Origin: the human T2T-CHM13v2.0 reference genome, Homo sapiens
Reading direction: 5' to 3' (one strand)
Assembly: GCF_009914755.1 (NCBI RefSeq)
Contig: NC_060925.1
DNA: 64,000 nt
Both the position numbers and the translations under genes were made by a program. How positions within the stretch are numbered: the stretch's first letter is position 1; every line of letters starts with the position of its first letter. This document shows, piece after piece, positions 48,082 to 61,982 of this stretch. Below the pieces are notes generated by a model. It ran no database searches. It saw only the letters and a list, made by a program, of their open reading frames with translations, and was not told the origin of the DNA.

Positions 48082-49109
48082 GTATTATATATATAATATA
48101 TATACATGATATAGATATAATTAAATGTTATATTCAATTAAAATAAATATAATTTTAAATTAAATATAAGGAACATGAGAGTTAGCAGGAATCATGGGTG
48201 AAAAAAATATGTATAATAACACCACAAATGCATATATATAGGTTTTTGCCCATGATTCCTGGTTAACTCCCATAGCCCTTATTATAACATTGGGGCACTT
48301 GAGGCCTCAGGCAACAGTCTCTCTCAGTGACCCCCTCTGGTCCTTCTTCACCTGCCCAAGGTAGGATGCTAATTTGATTATGGATCAGAAGACCCTCATT
48401 CCAGAGAGGGTCCTGCCCCATAGCCTAGTGGAAAGAATGCTACACAGAGAGGCCAAAAAAAGTCTGAGCAGATAGTCCTTGCTGGATTTAGATCATATGC
48501 TTTTTGTCCAATCATATTTTTACATGGTTGTCAATCATGCCTGTGTAAAAAAGCCTCCATAAAAACCCAAGAGTACAGGGTTTGGAGAGCTTTTTGATTG
48601 CTGAATACATGGATGTTCCTGGAGGGTGGAGTGCCCAGGGAAGGCATGGAAGCTCTGCGCCCCTTCCCCCTTACCTTGCCATGTGCATCTGTTCATCTGT
48701 ATCCTTTGTAATAGTATTTATAATAAACCAATAAACGTGTTTCCCTGAGTTATGTGAGCTGCTCTAGCAAATTAATCAAACCCAAAGACAGGGTTGTGAG
48801 AACCCCAACTTGAAGCCAGTAGTTCAGAAGTTGTGGAAGTTGGACTTGCCACTGGTGTCTGGTGCGTGGGGTTGGGGGCATTCTTGGGGACTGAGCCTTC
48901 AATCTGTGAGATCTGATGCAATCTCCAAGTAGATAATGTCAGAATTGAACTAAATGACATCCAGCTGGCGTCTGCTACAGAATTAAGTGCTTGCTTGGTG
49001 GTTGGGAGAAACTCCTACACATTTAGTAACAGAAGTCACCTTCTATGTGGATGATTGCTGTGGTGTAAGACCAGAGGAAAAACATGATTTCAGAGTTTTT
49101 CCCTCAACA
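48039..49109 (+). mobile_element. MER21A-like solo LTR with a rearranged 5' end
   Basis: TG...CA termini; TSD gcttt / gcctt; 'aagaccctcattccagagagggtcctgcccca' and 'gctctagcaaattaatcaaacccaa'. Confidence 0.82.
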
Positions 49110-50965
49110 GCCTTGAGATACTCCATTTTAATAAGATAGAGAGATGAAAGTGTATTACTGGTGGGATTATGTTAGAAAACACATTTCTTGTCCCAGTAGC
49201 ATTCAAGATCAAGAGTTAAACTTAATACAGTCTCTCCTCTTTACTCTCCCAACTGATATTCAGCTTCCTGTGTGAGTGTATGTTTAATGTTTTTGTCTAA
49301 ATTAATTGATCTTTGTCTTATGATCTCTCGTCTTAAAAAAACTAAGTTCAGCTAAATGAACATTGCTGAGAACTTATGTTCTAGACACTGCTGACGTTGT
49401 GCTGAGGGGAAATGAATATAGAGGTAAATAAAATAATTTGAACTATTCTCTGTCTAGTGGGAAAGAGAGATCGAGGTATAAATAGGGGAAAAAATAAAAC
49501 ACAACGTAAGGGTCATAATTTTTAAGTTGGATTAAAAATATGTGTGTGTTTCTTTATTAAACACCTCTTATAGGCCAGACTATCGGGCCAGGGATATAAC
49601 ATTATATAAAACTCAGTCCAAATTGCATAGGTGTCTACAAGATGTAATAACTACAAGATGGCATAAGAAGAGGTATTGGATGGGAATAGTGTCGACTAGA
49701 AAGTAAGCTACTTGAGCGTAGGGGCCTTAACTATCTTGTTCCTTAATGCATTTTTAGCATTAGAACAGTGCTTGGCTCGTATCAGGTACTCATTAAACAT
49801 TTCTGTAGTAAGTGATGAGGCTATCATAAAGTTTTGTTTCCCCACCCCTAAACCAGATTGTAGGTTCAGTCTGAAAGGACTCCAGGACCCTCTCTGCTGG
49901 TAAGACATGGTGCCACTTTGTACTCTCCCAGCCAATCTGATTGGCCTCTTGACTTTGGCAAAACTGAGCTGGGGGCTGGCCCCCAGTGCCAAGCACAGAG
50001 GAAGCAGGGTCACATGCCACCCATGCCCAAAGCTCTTTCTGACATTTCCATGGGCCTGGAACCAACTCTCCTCCTGGGTTTCATCTCATTATATGTGGGA
50101 AGACAAAAGAACACTGAACCTTCCAGTTAATTCAACACCCCGCCCCCACTTACCCCTTCCTGGAGAGGATAACAGTTCTGTTGACCATTATAATGCATTT
50201 TCTGTCTCCCAGCAGTCCACATAGTCATTAATTTCTGCTGCTGACATCAGGAAAGAGGATTATGTGTGTGTCTGAAACTGTTCCCAAAGTGCTCATTAGT
50301 CATAGATAATTGAAAAACTGGTAGGGGAAGATTTGGTGTAATAGGAGCCCCCGCCTGTGAAGAGGGACTGCAACCACCAGATAATTGTAGATTCCAGCTT
50401 TTGACCACTCAGACTGAATCTGCCCATCCAAATGGGAATTCAGCAGACTTGAGCCTAAGAGCTCTCAGAGTGATAGTGTTTTTACATACCCAGGTGAGGG
50501 TGTGTACACCGAGACAGAGACAGCCAAATCAAGAGAATAGGTGAACTGCCCTTGGGTCTCTTTCCTGCCTTCAGACTGTGGAGCAGTGTTTGGAAAAAGT
50601 GTCCAGTATTCTCCTTTATTTTGTTTTTATTTCAACGTAAGATTGTTTTGATCACAAAAGACATACAAGGTCATGGGATATAAGAAACACAAACATTAGA
50701 GAAGAGTACCCTACACTGGATCCCAACCCATGCTGTGACAAAATTCTAGGGTTTTTCTGGAAGTTTATGTGCTTACATTTTTATATCCTTTTCTTTAAAA
50801 AAAAAAATCACATGATCATACTAAGAATACTATTCTGCATCTTGCCATTTTTTCTGAATTTATCTTGGAGTTCCAAATCTATACCTTAATTCAAGTTCAT
50901 TCATTTTAATGGCAAGGTGGGATTCTGACCAGATTTAAGGGGGAAAAACATCTTTTAAAATATTA

Positions 50966-51286
<321 letters not shown>

Positions 51287-51438
51287 TTAGAAATTAGAGA
51301 AAAAAGAAAAAAAGGAAAGAAAAAAGAAATCACTCATAATTCCTCCACCCAGAGAAAACCTATTTTCTGTATTTTTTTCCCCTAGGAATGTATTTTTACA
51401 AATAGTTCATCTACTTTCATTGTTGTTGTTCTTACAGC

Positions 51439-51856
51439 TGTTAAAAGAAAACCTTTAGGCAAATTAAATTTAACAGTTTAACTGTGCAAAGAATGATTCA
51501 TGAATTGGGCAGGTCCCCAACCAGAATAGGTTCAGAGAGACTTTTGCTCAGCCACATGGTTGAAGAGAAATTACGGACAGAAAAAGGGAAGTGAGGTACA
51601 GAAAAATGGAAGTAAAGTACAGAAACAGCTGGATTGGGTACAGCTCTGCATCGGCCTTATTTGAACAGAGTTTGAACAGTTGGCCGCCTGTGGGTGGTTG
51701 AAGTATGTCTTCTGTGATTGGCTGAGACTCAGCTTCTAGTTACAAGAGTAGGTTACAGTGTGTTTACAAATCCAGTTAAGTTACAGTCACTGTGTATGAA
51801 GAAACCTTTAGGCTGAAGTTACAAACGGACACCTTTAAGTTAAACTTAATTTAACA
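51439..51856 (-). mobile_element. MER57-family ERV1 LTR
   Basis: Termini 'tgttaaaagaaaacctttaggcaaattaaatttaacag' and 'aaacttaatttaaca'; repeated 'gattgg'. Confidence 0.72.
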
Positions 51857-51970
51857 AAAGGAAGTCATATACTGCATGTTTTGCAGCCTCTATTTTTCAC
51901 TTGGTTTGACTGTTTTAAATATAAAAATTATTCCCCAAGCTTTTCTTTACACTGTGTGTTTATCTTCTTT

Positions 51971-52290
51971 TTTATTTATTTATTTTTTTGAGACGGAGTC
52001 TCATTCTTGTTGCCCAGGATGGAGTGCAGTGGCGCAATCTCGGCTTACTGCAACCTCTGCCTTCCTGGGTTCAAGCGATTCTCCTGCTTCAGCCTCCCAA
52101 GCAGCTGGGATTACAGGCAACTGCAACCATGCTTGGCTAATTTTTTTTTTTTTTTTTTTTTTTGTATTTTTAGTAGAGACGGGGTTTCATCATGTTGGCC
52201 AGGCTGGTCTCAAACTCCTGACTTTGTGATCTGCCTGCCTCGGCCTCCCAAAGTGCTGGGGATTACAGGCATGAGCAACCACGCCCGGCC
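51971..52290 (-). mobile_element. AluS with an expanded middle T-run
   Basis: Reverse Alu flanked by 'tttatcttctt' on both sides. Confidence 0.94.
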
Positions 52291-53277
52291 ACATTTATCT
52301 TCTTAAAAACCCAACCTGAGCACTTACAGTCGTGCCCCTCTGGGCAATTCCTTTTTGCCTGGCCACGCCTGAAGCCCTCCGCTGCCTCTTGTCCCGTCTG
52401 TTCCAGTTCTCTGTTCCTCCTTGTTCCCCTTTTTGCGACATACTAAATGCCTCAAACACACCATGCCCCTCAGGGCTCCCTACAGGAAACTCACTTTTTG
52501 CTCTGCTGTCATCCCTTTCCCCGGAGCATGCCAGCACTGAAACCACCAATCTCCAACTTGCCTTTCCACACAGGCTTGAAAGTCATCTTCACCTTGAAGA
52601 CTGTATTCACTCTACTAGCCACCCTAACTGGACCCTCCACAGTTCTCTGGGAACACCATGTACACATTTCACCTTTCTAGCATTTTCTACATGGCCCTAA
52701 GAGTCTTAGTTTTTCATCATCTTTGTCCCAAACCACAATATGAGACCTCAGCACCTAGATCTTAGCACATGGTAGATGGAAATCTATGCAGGCAATCATT
52801 AGTTCTATTGTTTCTGAAATGTTTGTTAAAATGCATGAATGAATGCTTGAATGAAGCCTAGAAAGAACTGCAAATGCTCAGGCAGTGAAGTCTTGATTTC
52901 TGGGAAAAGCAATGCTGTGAATAATTTAATTTTATGGTGAAAGAAAAGCCAAACAAGGATTATATTGGGAAAAGTTGTCAGGAGGCACTAATGTTTGCCT
53001 CTGACAGCTCTAGTGCCCTCAGTGTACCTCTGGCTGATAAACTTAGAGTGTGATTTTGAAGGGGTGATTTCTCAGGGATTCTCACCTATTTCTATCATCC
53101 TCTCTCATGCCAAGCTGTTTCATTTTGGTCTCTAAATAAACAAAGCTCCTTCCTGCTTGGAGTCCAGATAGCCTATTCCTGAAGGCTGTGGTTCCAAATG
53201 AAAGATGGGATATTTGTCCTTGTATATATTTATTTTCATCCCTAACCACTGGATTGAGGAGAAGGCTGGTTCACTGC

Positions 53278-53645
53278 TGTAGGTTGGGTTTTCCAGAAGC
53301 AAAGGCTGAGACAGATTTGGGGGGATAAGGTGTTTATTAGGGATGGTTGGCTGTGAAAGAAGGAAGAGAGAGAAGGACTGGGTAGAGGGAAAAGAGCTGA
53401 ACTGAGGTGCATTCCTGCAGCACCTTGGTGAACTCAGCAGAGTCTCTGGAGTGAGTGGTGTCTATCAGAGCCCTTCTGCCTCTGCTTTGCAAAGTCACCA
53501 GGTACTGGCTGTCCTGGGAGGTGCATCACCTTGGGAAGGCAGCTCTCTGCAACTGAGGCAGGCCCTGGAACATCTGGCAGCTGTCTGCTGACTTTACTCC
53601 ATCCTTAAGGGGGAGTTTGAGCCATGGTATCTCAGTCTCTACCAT
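53278..53645. mobile_element. Old ERVL LTR (LTR16/LTR33-like)
   Basis: 'tgtaggttgggttttccagaagcaaaggctgagacag...tgtttattagg'. Confidence 0.5.
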
Positions 53646-55031
53646 GCTTCCTATATCCACGCAACCACTGTGACCTGTTATTTCTTGTTCCATGGAATCC
53701 CTTCTGTCTGCCTCTGTTTCTACATCTCCGTTACCAATATCTCAGTGAAGATCCTTATATTCTCTCTCTTTCTTTGATTACTGAAATAGATTCACACTAT
53801 TTTCCCTAACCCCAGTCTATCCTCTGCTATAATACTGCCAGAGAGTGCTTAAAAAAGCACAAGTTTAATCGCTTTCCTCCTGGCTTAATGCTCCTTTAGT
53901 GGTTTACAGTGGGCTTCATGATTAAGTTCAAACACTTAAGTATGGATTACAAGGCCCTGCATCCACTGCCCCATCTGCCTCCCCAGCTTCCTCTGTCCTT
54001 CAACACCCACCCCCTACCAGTTCACACCCCAGCCTATGTTCCAATTTACCTAGCCCTTTTGATAGTTCCCTTAGGGGCCCCTTCTCCCTTTTTTCTGTCC
54101 TTGCTCAAGACGCATCCTCTGCTGATGAAGCTCCCTGTGGTCCTATAGCCTATAATTAGACCCAGATCTCCTGTCTGCATGCCCAGGACTCTCTCTGCCT
54201 CGCAGTGGTCTGCAGCCTCATGTTCTGAGCCTAGAGGACATAGAATCAAATTAAGCTCCTTTACCAGCTAAGGTTTCTTCCTAAATTACTATAGAGAAAA
54301 CTTGGAAGAGTGCCCCACCCTGCTAATCCTGTCTAGAACCTTTTTTATAAAAATTACACCTTTTATGTTTGTGGAGATTGGGGGTGAAGGTGGAACAGAA
54401 TTTCCATTTTGACCTTCCTATGAAAACCATTTTTAAAAAATCTCAATTTAGTAGGCAAGATTTCTAAACGGTGCTCCTTTTTCTTTTTCTTTTTTCTTTT
54501 TTTTTTTTTTTAACATACATAATGCTTGTTCTAAAAATACTTCTCTTGATCCTTTCATCCATTCAGAACCCATTTTTAAACAACTTTTACTCCAAAAGGT
54601 AATGTAATGAATAAGAGCAGAGGTGTGGATATCAGTCAGAGTAGAACCCATGGCCTGTCTTCAGCTCTTAGGCTGTCTCTAGGGTGTTTATTTTTCTTCT
54701 GTAAACCACAATTTTCCCATCTGTCTGTAAAATGGGGGTAGTATGGGTCCTATTGTACCCTTCACAGAGGGTTAATATGAAAATGAAATGAGAAAATGCA
54801 TGCTATGTCCTTAGTGCAGTCCCTAGCATGAAAGTGCTCAGCAAACTGGAGTGCAGTCTCTCCTGTGTTAGATACTAGCCATAGTGACATAATTAAGATA
54901 TTGTCCAGAACCGTATTATACAAAGCCAAGGACACTGCTCTCTTCCAGGTTTCTGCTACTTTGGCATTTGAAACAGAATAAGATTTTCCTGTTCTCTGCC
55001 CCATCCTTTGAGCATCTTATACTTATCCTCC

Positions 55032-55523
55032 AGACCATCAGTGTCCAATAGAAATATAATATGAGCCACATATGTAATCTTAAATTTTTTAGTAGCCATG
55101 CTGAAGAAAGTGATACTAATTTTTAATGTATCTTATTTAACTTAGTATATTCAAATTATTATTTTAACATGGAATTGATATAAAAATTATTGAGGTATTT
55201 TACATTCATTTTTCCAGATGAAATCTTTGATATCTGGTGTGTATTTTCCGCTTAACACCTCTCAATTCAGACGCTAGATTTTTGTTGGAAATACTTGATT
55301 TAGATTTCTTAAATTAATCTAGAAAAAGTAGATTCGCATACCCAAGTTGTTCCGAACATACTTAAAAGTTTTTCAGTAACTGAATTTAATATCAGTTTTT
55401 AAGTTGAAGTTAAAACTAAATAAAACTAAATAAAATGAAGAATTTAGTCCCTGAGTTACTCTAGCCATACTTCAAGTGCTCAGCCCACATGTGACTAGTG
55501 GCTGCCATATTGGACAGCAGAGT
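55032..55523. mobile_element. MER33/Charlie5-type hAT relic
   Basis: 'gtgtccaatagaaatataatatgagccaca...gtggctgccatattggacagc' with terminal inverted repeats. Confidence 0.8.
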
Positions 55524-56766
55524 TCTTCTAGAAGTCACTGCAGAGGTTTCAGTCTTACTCTTCTTAGCTAAACTTGTTTTCATATTCAATTGTAGATAGA
55601 AGCTCTTAAAATGGATAAAAATGGTGTCGTCAAAGTGCTTTGGTTCCATTTAGAGGAGGTTGGTTAAGCTGTTCACTCTCTGACCCCTCTCCCAACCTCC
55701 ACCCTCACCTCTACCCCCAGAGGTCCTGGAGCACCTCTGCCCAGTCCTTGAGCTCCATGGAACAATTAACAAGTGGCATCTTAGCACTCAAAAATTGCTG
55801 ATTATGCACCCAGATTCTATCTTGGGGCTCAAAGGGGTCTTAATATATCTATGAGTCAACTCCTAGCCCCTCCCTGCAGTGCAGAAATACTATAGAATCC
55901 TTGGGGGATGAGAGAGGGCTCGGGCTCTGTTTAACACCTAGGAGCAGATGGATCATTTCATTCTATTCTGTCTTACGTGGTTCTCTGGGTTCTTATCTTG
56001 TCTTCCTAACTAGGTTGGGGGCAAGGACTGCTTTTCACAGCCCCACAGCACCCACACAAAGCAAGACAATCAATTCTTAACTGAAGGCCTGACTGCAAGA
56101 ATTCAAGGTCACTTGAAAAATCAGGGTCACTGCATTGCACAACTCCAAAGAACATCATTCAAATTGTATTATATGATTGTGCAAGTGGCAGCCTTGTAAA
56201 ATTTGCAAAGGTTTAGACTGGAATATTTTTTCCAGCTGAGAAAAACTTTTTAACTAATTATTTGTTGGTACAAAGTACACCTTTTTCCTCTTATCCTCTG
56301 CCAGGAAGCAACTGAAAGAGTAAGTTTTCTTGACTTAGGAATATACGTTCATTAGAGAGGGTGTATGGATGTGTGAACATGTGGGTTTACGTGCGTTTAA
56401 GTAGGTTAGTAGATCTGCTGTGTTAGGAAGCCCATTTGGAATGGTTTGAGCATTTAAACCTTGTATTTAAGAGGCTACTGTGTTTATATTCCTTTTGAAA
56501 TTTCCCATTTTCAGAATCTTTATCTGGTTTGAATGATGCTTTAGAGTTCCTTGTTTGTAAAGCTCCACAAAGCATGACCCATAGGTACCAAGCACGTACA
56601 CTAAAGTCACTGGATGAGCAAAGGGACTCTTGATGACTGCATGGTTTTTATCTTTGCAAATGCAGAGGAGGGAGGAGAGAGCAAAGAGTTTCTCTTAAAA
56701 AAAACCCTCTGTTTACTTTTGTGTTTTTCAAACTGATGGTGTTTGTTTTTTCTCATGTCTACCCAG

Positions 56767-56895
56767 GAAACCAAGTGCTACCTCCTGGAGCTTCTCTTGG
56801 AAATGGGCTCACACCAGAGGCAGCAAGAGACCTTGGCCTTCTCCCTGGGATTGCGGTCGCAGCTTCACTCATTGATGCCCATGCAGGAGGACTAG
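56767..56895 (+). CDS. FGGY: FGGY coding exon (129 nt; probably exon 7)
   Basis: Acceptor 'gtttttctcatgtctacccag|GA' and donor 'CTAG|gtaat'. Translates as (G)[42 protein letters not shown](G). IDAH matches the conserved Asp motif of FGGY kinases (GDQQ in glycerol kinase). G+GA joins in frame with the 1341-1456 exon. Confidence 0.96.
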   Translation, partial: ETKCYLLELLLEMGSHQRQQETLAFSLGLRSQLHSLMPMQED

Positions 56896-59004
56896 GTAAT
56901 CTCTTATTTGTTGCCTACAGCCAAAACCGTATTCAAATGGAATATTCCCTAGAACCGAAGACACTCCTTTTCTGTTTTTAAAGCAAAGGTCAAGGACTTT
57001 GGTGTTTCAGGATATAATAATGAAAAGCCTTTTTACAGCTAGGCATTTGGATAGAATTACAGAACTTTTCATTAATGATAAAATTTATTTATAATTGTAT
57101 TAATTTCTTTATACATGGCAATAGAAAAAAATGTATTTGAATAACTTTCTGCATAGTTCTTTTGTTTACTGAAAATTCAAAAAAGATATGTTAATTTCTT
57201 GCCACACTTAGCTCTACTGTTTTTTTGTAAGGTACTCCAAAACCCTTATAAGTCTCTTAGATTTATTTTAATAATATATTTGGCTTATGTCCTGTATCCA
57301 GTTCCTTGGCTGCAGTCTTGATTTTATCTTGTACATAACTCTCAAGTCTTTCATTCATGTATTCATTTGTTCATTCATAAAACACCCGTTGAACACTTAC
57401 CATGTCCAGGCATGGTGCTAGAAGACAGTGAACTTAAAACAAAACCAAATAAAACCAAAGTCTCTTCCCCAGCTTTTAATGGGAAAACACACAGGGAAAC
57501 AAAGAATTACAGTAAAGAATGATGACTTCCTCATCCTTATTGCAGGTTGTGTGTGTTTTTTGCAGGGGAAGTTGTTCTGGTTCTCAGCATCTCTCATCTC
57601 AACTGTAGCCATATATTTTTTTCCTAGCCTTTCATTCTAACAATGTTTTGTTTTAAACTATGATTTATAATTCATGAGATCAATTTAGCAGGACATGACC
57701 ACTGAATTTGCACAACAGAATGGAACAGAATTGAATAGAACAAAGTGGAAAACATCAGAGTACATTTCACAAAGTAAGGGAAGGCACTGCTTTGTGGAGC
57801 TGTGTTTCCATTCTGTGTGTGTATACTTTCAGACACTTCCATACTCTGCCCATGCATTTACACCTCTGTGACTTGGCACACATGTTCTTTGTCCAGAATG
57901 ATTGGTCCTCCACTTCTCCAGCTGGCTAACTCCTCCTCTAACTGCAAGACCCATATCAGATGCTTTCTGCTCTGCATAGCCTTCCATGAAACACTCAGGT
58001 GTATTTAGAAATTCTCTAAATTATGCTTTTTTTCAGCACACTATTTGAAGAAATGATCATATTGCATTGTAATTTCAAATATATCTGCATGTCATTTCCA
58101 TTAGAGTGTGAACTCCTTGAGAACAGGAACATTATGTTATCTGTCCTGTATCCTTCATGCCAAGCCCTATGTCTGGTTCCTATAGCTGCTTATTAAGTTT
58201 ATTAAATGAATAGTCACATTAAGGCAAGAATAAGGTGAAATGGCTTTAAACAGTAGAGTGAAGATTAATCTGTTTTCTTATGCAACGGATTATTAAATGG
58301 TGCCTTGTTCTACATACTACATGGATTTCCAGAGCAGGATCGCTCTCATCAATCTATGGACATGTCTGTCCTGTTCATCTCTCTGTCCTCAGGATCTAAA
58401 ACAGTGCCTAAGAATTAGTAAACAACTCATAATATATGTAGGTTGGTTGAATGCTATGTAACGTAGTTCTGATTACAGGCAAGGTTGTTTCTCTCCAAAT
58501 ACTTTTCAGTGTGAGCAATGTGTGCTTTTGATTGGAATGTTAAGATTTTGGTTTTTACATACAAGCACAGAGAGAACTTGAGGTCTAGGCAGACATGGAG
58601 TGTTTCTGTCCCCTAGCAATCCTGACATTCCAGATCATGTGTGAGGCCACAAAAGCTTTCTCTGTCATGCTTTTTAAATTATCCCTGGGGTGACAGTGTC
58701 AATCATCCACCCCTACCTGGGTGACAATCACTTGGCTGGGACCGGCATATGCTGAAAGAAAGAGAACTGCTGCTTGAAGAGCCGCAGGCACTACAGTTTC
58801 CTTGTCAGTTTCCCAGACTTCCCTCAGGGACGTGCCAAAACACACCTTCTCACTTCTGCCCAGGACTCACTATGTCCTCCAGGAGGGGAGACTGTCAATG
58901 ACCCTCACCTTTTTCCTAAACAGAGATGTTCAGTGGCAGAAGTTTTACCCTTAGAAGCTTTGGCTTAAGCCTTTTGTTCCCCGTAAAATGCAAATGCTTG
59001 TAAG

Positions 59005-60327
59005 TGATATGGTTTGGCTGTGTCCCCATTCAAATCTCCACAGAGTTGTATCTCCCAGAATTCCCACATGTTGTGGGAGGGACCCAGGGGGAGGTAATTG
59101 AATCATGGAGGCCGGTCTTTCCCATGCTATTCTCGTGATAGTGAATAAGTCTCACGAGATCCGATAGGTTTATCAGGGGTTTCCGCTTTTGCTTCTTCCT
59201 TATTCTTTCTTGCTGCCACCATGTAAGAAGTGCCTTTTGCTCTTCGCCATGATTATGAGACCTCCCCAGCCATGTGGAACTGTAAGTCAAATTAAACCTC
59301 CTTTTCTTCCTTGTCTCGGGTATGTCTTTATCAGCAGCATAAAAACAGACTAATACAGTAAATTGGTACCAGTAGAGTGGGGCATTGCTGAAAAGATACT
59401 TGAAAATGTGGACACAACTTTGGTACTGGGTAACAAGCTCATAGAGGGAAGAGACTTGCCTTGTCTCTGATGAGACTTTGGACTGTGGACTTCTGGGTTA
59501 ATTCTGAAATGAGTTAAGACTTTGGAGGACTGTTGGGAAAGCAGCTGGGAGGGAGGCTGTACCCTGCAAAGCCACAGAGGCAGCGCTGCCCAAGACCATG
59601 GGAACCCACCTCTTGCATCAGTGTGACTTGGATATGAGACCTGGAGTCAAAGGAGGTCATTTTGGAGCTTTAAAATTTGATTGCCTTGCTGGATTTTGGA
59701 CTTGCCTGGGCCCTGAAACTCCTTTGTTTTGGCCAATTTCTCCTGGAATGGCTGTATGTACCTAATACCTGTACCCGCATTGTATCTAGGAAGTAACTGA
59801 CTTGTTTTTTATTTTACAGGCTCATGGGTGGAAGGGACTTGACTTGTCTCAGATGAGACTTTGGACTGTGGACTTTTGGATTAATTCTGAAATGAGTAAA
59901 GACTTTGGGGGACTTTTGGGAGGGCATGATTGGTTTTGAAATGTGAGGACCTGAGATTGGGAGGGGCCAGGGGCGGAATGATAATGATTTGGCTGTGTCT
60001 CTATTCAAATCTCAACTAACTTATATCTCCCAGAATTCCCACATGTTGTGGGAGGGACTTAGGGGGAGGGAATTGAATCATAAGGGCCAGTCTTTCCCAT
60101 GCTGTTCTCGTGATAGTAAGTCTCACAAGATCTGATGGGTTTATCAGGCTTTTCTGCGTTTGCTTCTTCCTCATTCTTTCTTGCTGCCACCATGTAAGAA
60201 GTGCCTTTTGCCCTCCACCATGATTATGAGACCTCCCAGCCGTGTGGAACTGTAAGTCAAATTAAACATCCTATTCTTCCCAGTCTCAGGTTTGTCTTTA
60301 TCAGCAGCATAAAAATGGACTAATGCA
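59005..60327 (+). mobile_element. THE1A-like MaLR provirus: two LTRs plus a shortened, rearranged internal region
   Basis: LTR1 59005-59357, internal region 59358-59978 and LTR2 59979-60327; perfect 5-bp TSD gtaag (59000-59004, 60328-60332). Confidence 0.93.
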
Positions 60328-61668
60328 GTAAGTTAGTAACTTTCCCCCATATTTTTGTTAGTGGAAAGATAGAATAGTTTTTTTTTGTTTTAATGGAAAG
60401 ATAGAATAAGAATCTTGGATTCTTTAAGGCCTGAACTTAGATGCCAGCAGTGGCTGGGAAGGGCACAGGAAGGTGATAGTCCATGATGACGGGTTGATAC
60501 AGACTTACTTAATATATGTTGACTATGTTTTATCCTTATTATGCCTTCTTATGCCTTCTTATGCCTCTTTCTTTACCCTTCACCTTACAGCCAATCCAAG
60601 AGTTGGATATCTCAAAAAAATTAGGAGGCCTGGGTGCAAATGTTTCCTTTCATTTCTACCTTTCCTATACCCCTATTAGGATGTGGAGGTGAACAGATGC
60701 CTGAAAATCTTGAAAAGGTTGTCCATGGGTCCAACTCTATATTAACTAAATATAATTGAGTGAATGCAACCTGTCAGTGATTGGTCTAGGCACTGGAGAT
60801 TATTAGCAGTGAACAAGTCAGGCAAAGTCCATTCGTTTTGGAAAGAAAATTCTCATTGTTCTCCCCTGCCTGCATGTTTGTAGCTTAATAGTATAGGTTT
60901 GGGACAGCTAATCCCTGAGACATATTGTGATGCTATGACAAGGGCACTCAAAATGGAATTTTAAGTTCTGGATTTAGATTGTGTTTCTGCCTACAAATAT
61001 GGTGCTTCGCAGAACTTTTGTCTCCTGTTATGCAGTGAGAGAGTGAGAGACAACAGAATGCAGGATTCACTACTTTGTGATTCTGTATAGGTTGAGGTCA
61101 GTAATAGCCTCAAGAACTGGCTAAATGAACCCTGTGTTAAGAGATTTCTGAATGTCAAGTACAGACACAGCTTTGGATTTGGAATTGCCACCCAGGAAGA
61201 GGCCATCCAGGCCTCTCACCAACAAACCCTGACAACTGTAGTCACTTCAAATGCTGACCTGGCATGGCCTGCTTGAAACCCCACATTCTGACTAGTATGA
61301 GGGGTCAGCACTCTGCTTTAGAGAAATACCCCTGGACTTTCATTCCCAAGGGAGGCCTGGGATGGGAGGATAAAGATCAAAGAAGCAAGCAAAACTCAAC
61401 CCATGCTTTTCCCAGTTCTGGAAAAAGAGGAGGAAGGGCTTTGTGGGAATAAAAATCAATGATAAAAGAACATTTTGTTCTTAAGGTGCTGGTTAGTAAG
61501 TTCTCCAGCAGACAGTCAGAAGATAGGAGTAGCTTTGTTTGCACTTTGTGGGGGTGGTTCTGGCCAGGGCTCCTGCTGCTGATATTTTTCTAGCTTATAA
61601 AAATAACATTAACTTTTTTCCAGGTCTTTTCTTGGCTCCAGCACCCCAACTGCCCTGAAAGGCAATAA

Positions 61669-61982
<314 letters not shown>

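Noticed and set aside
56721-56981. 86-aa ORF as a standalone small gene
   Set aside because: It is the FGGY exon frame extended into intron on both sides; splice signals bound the real exon.
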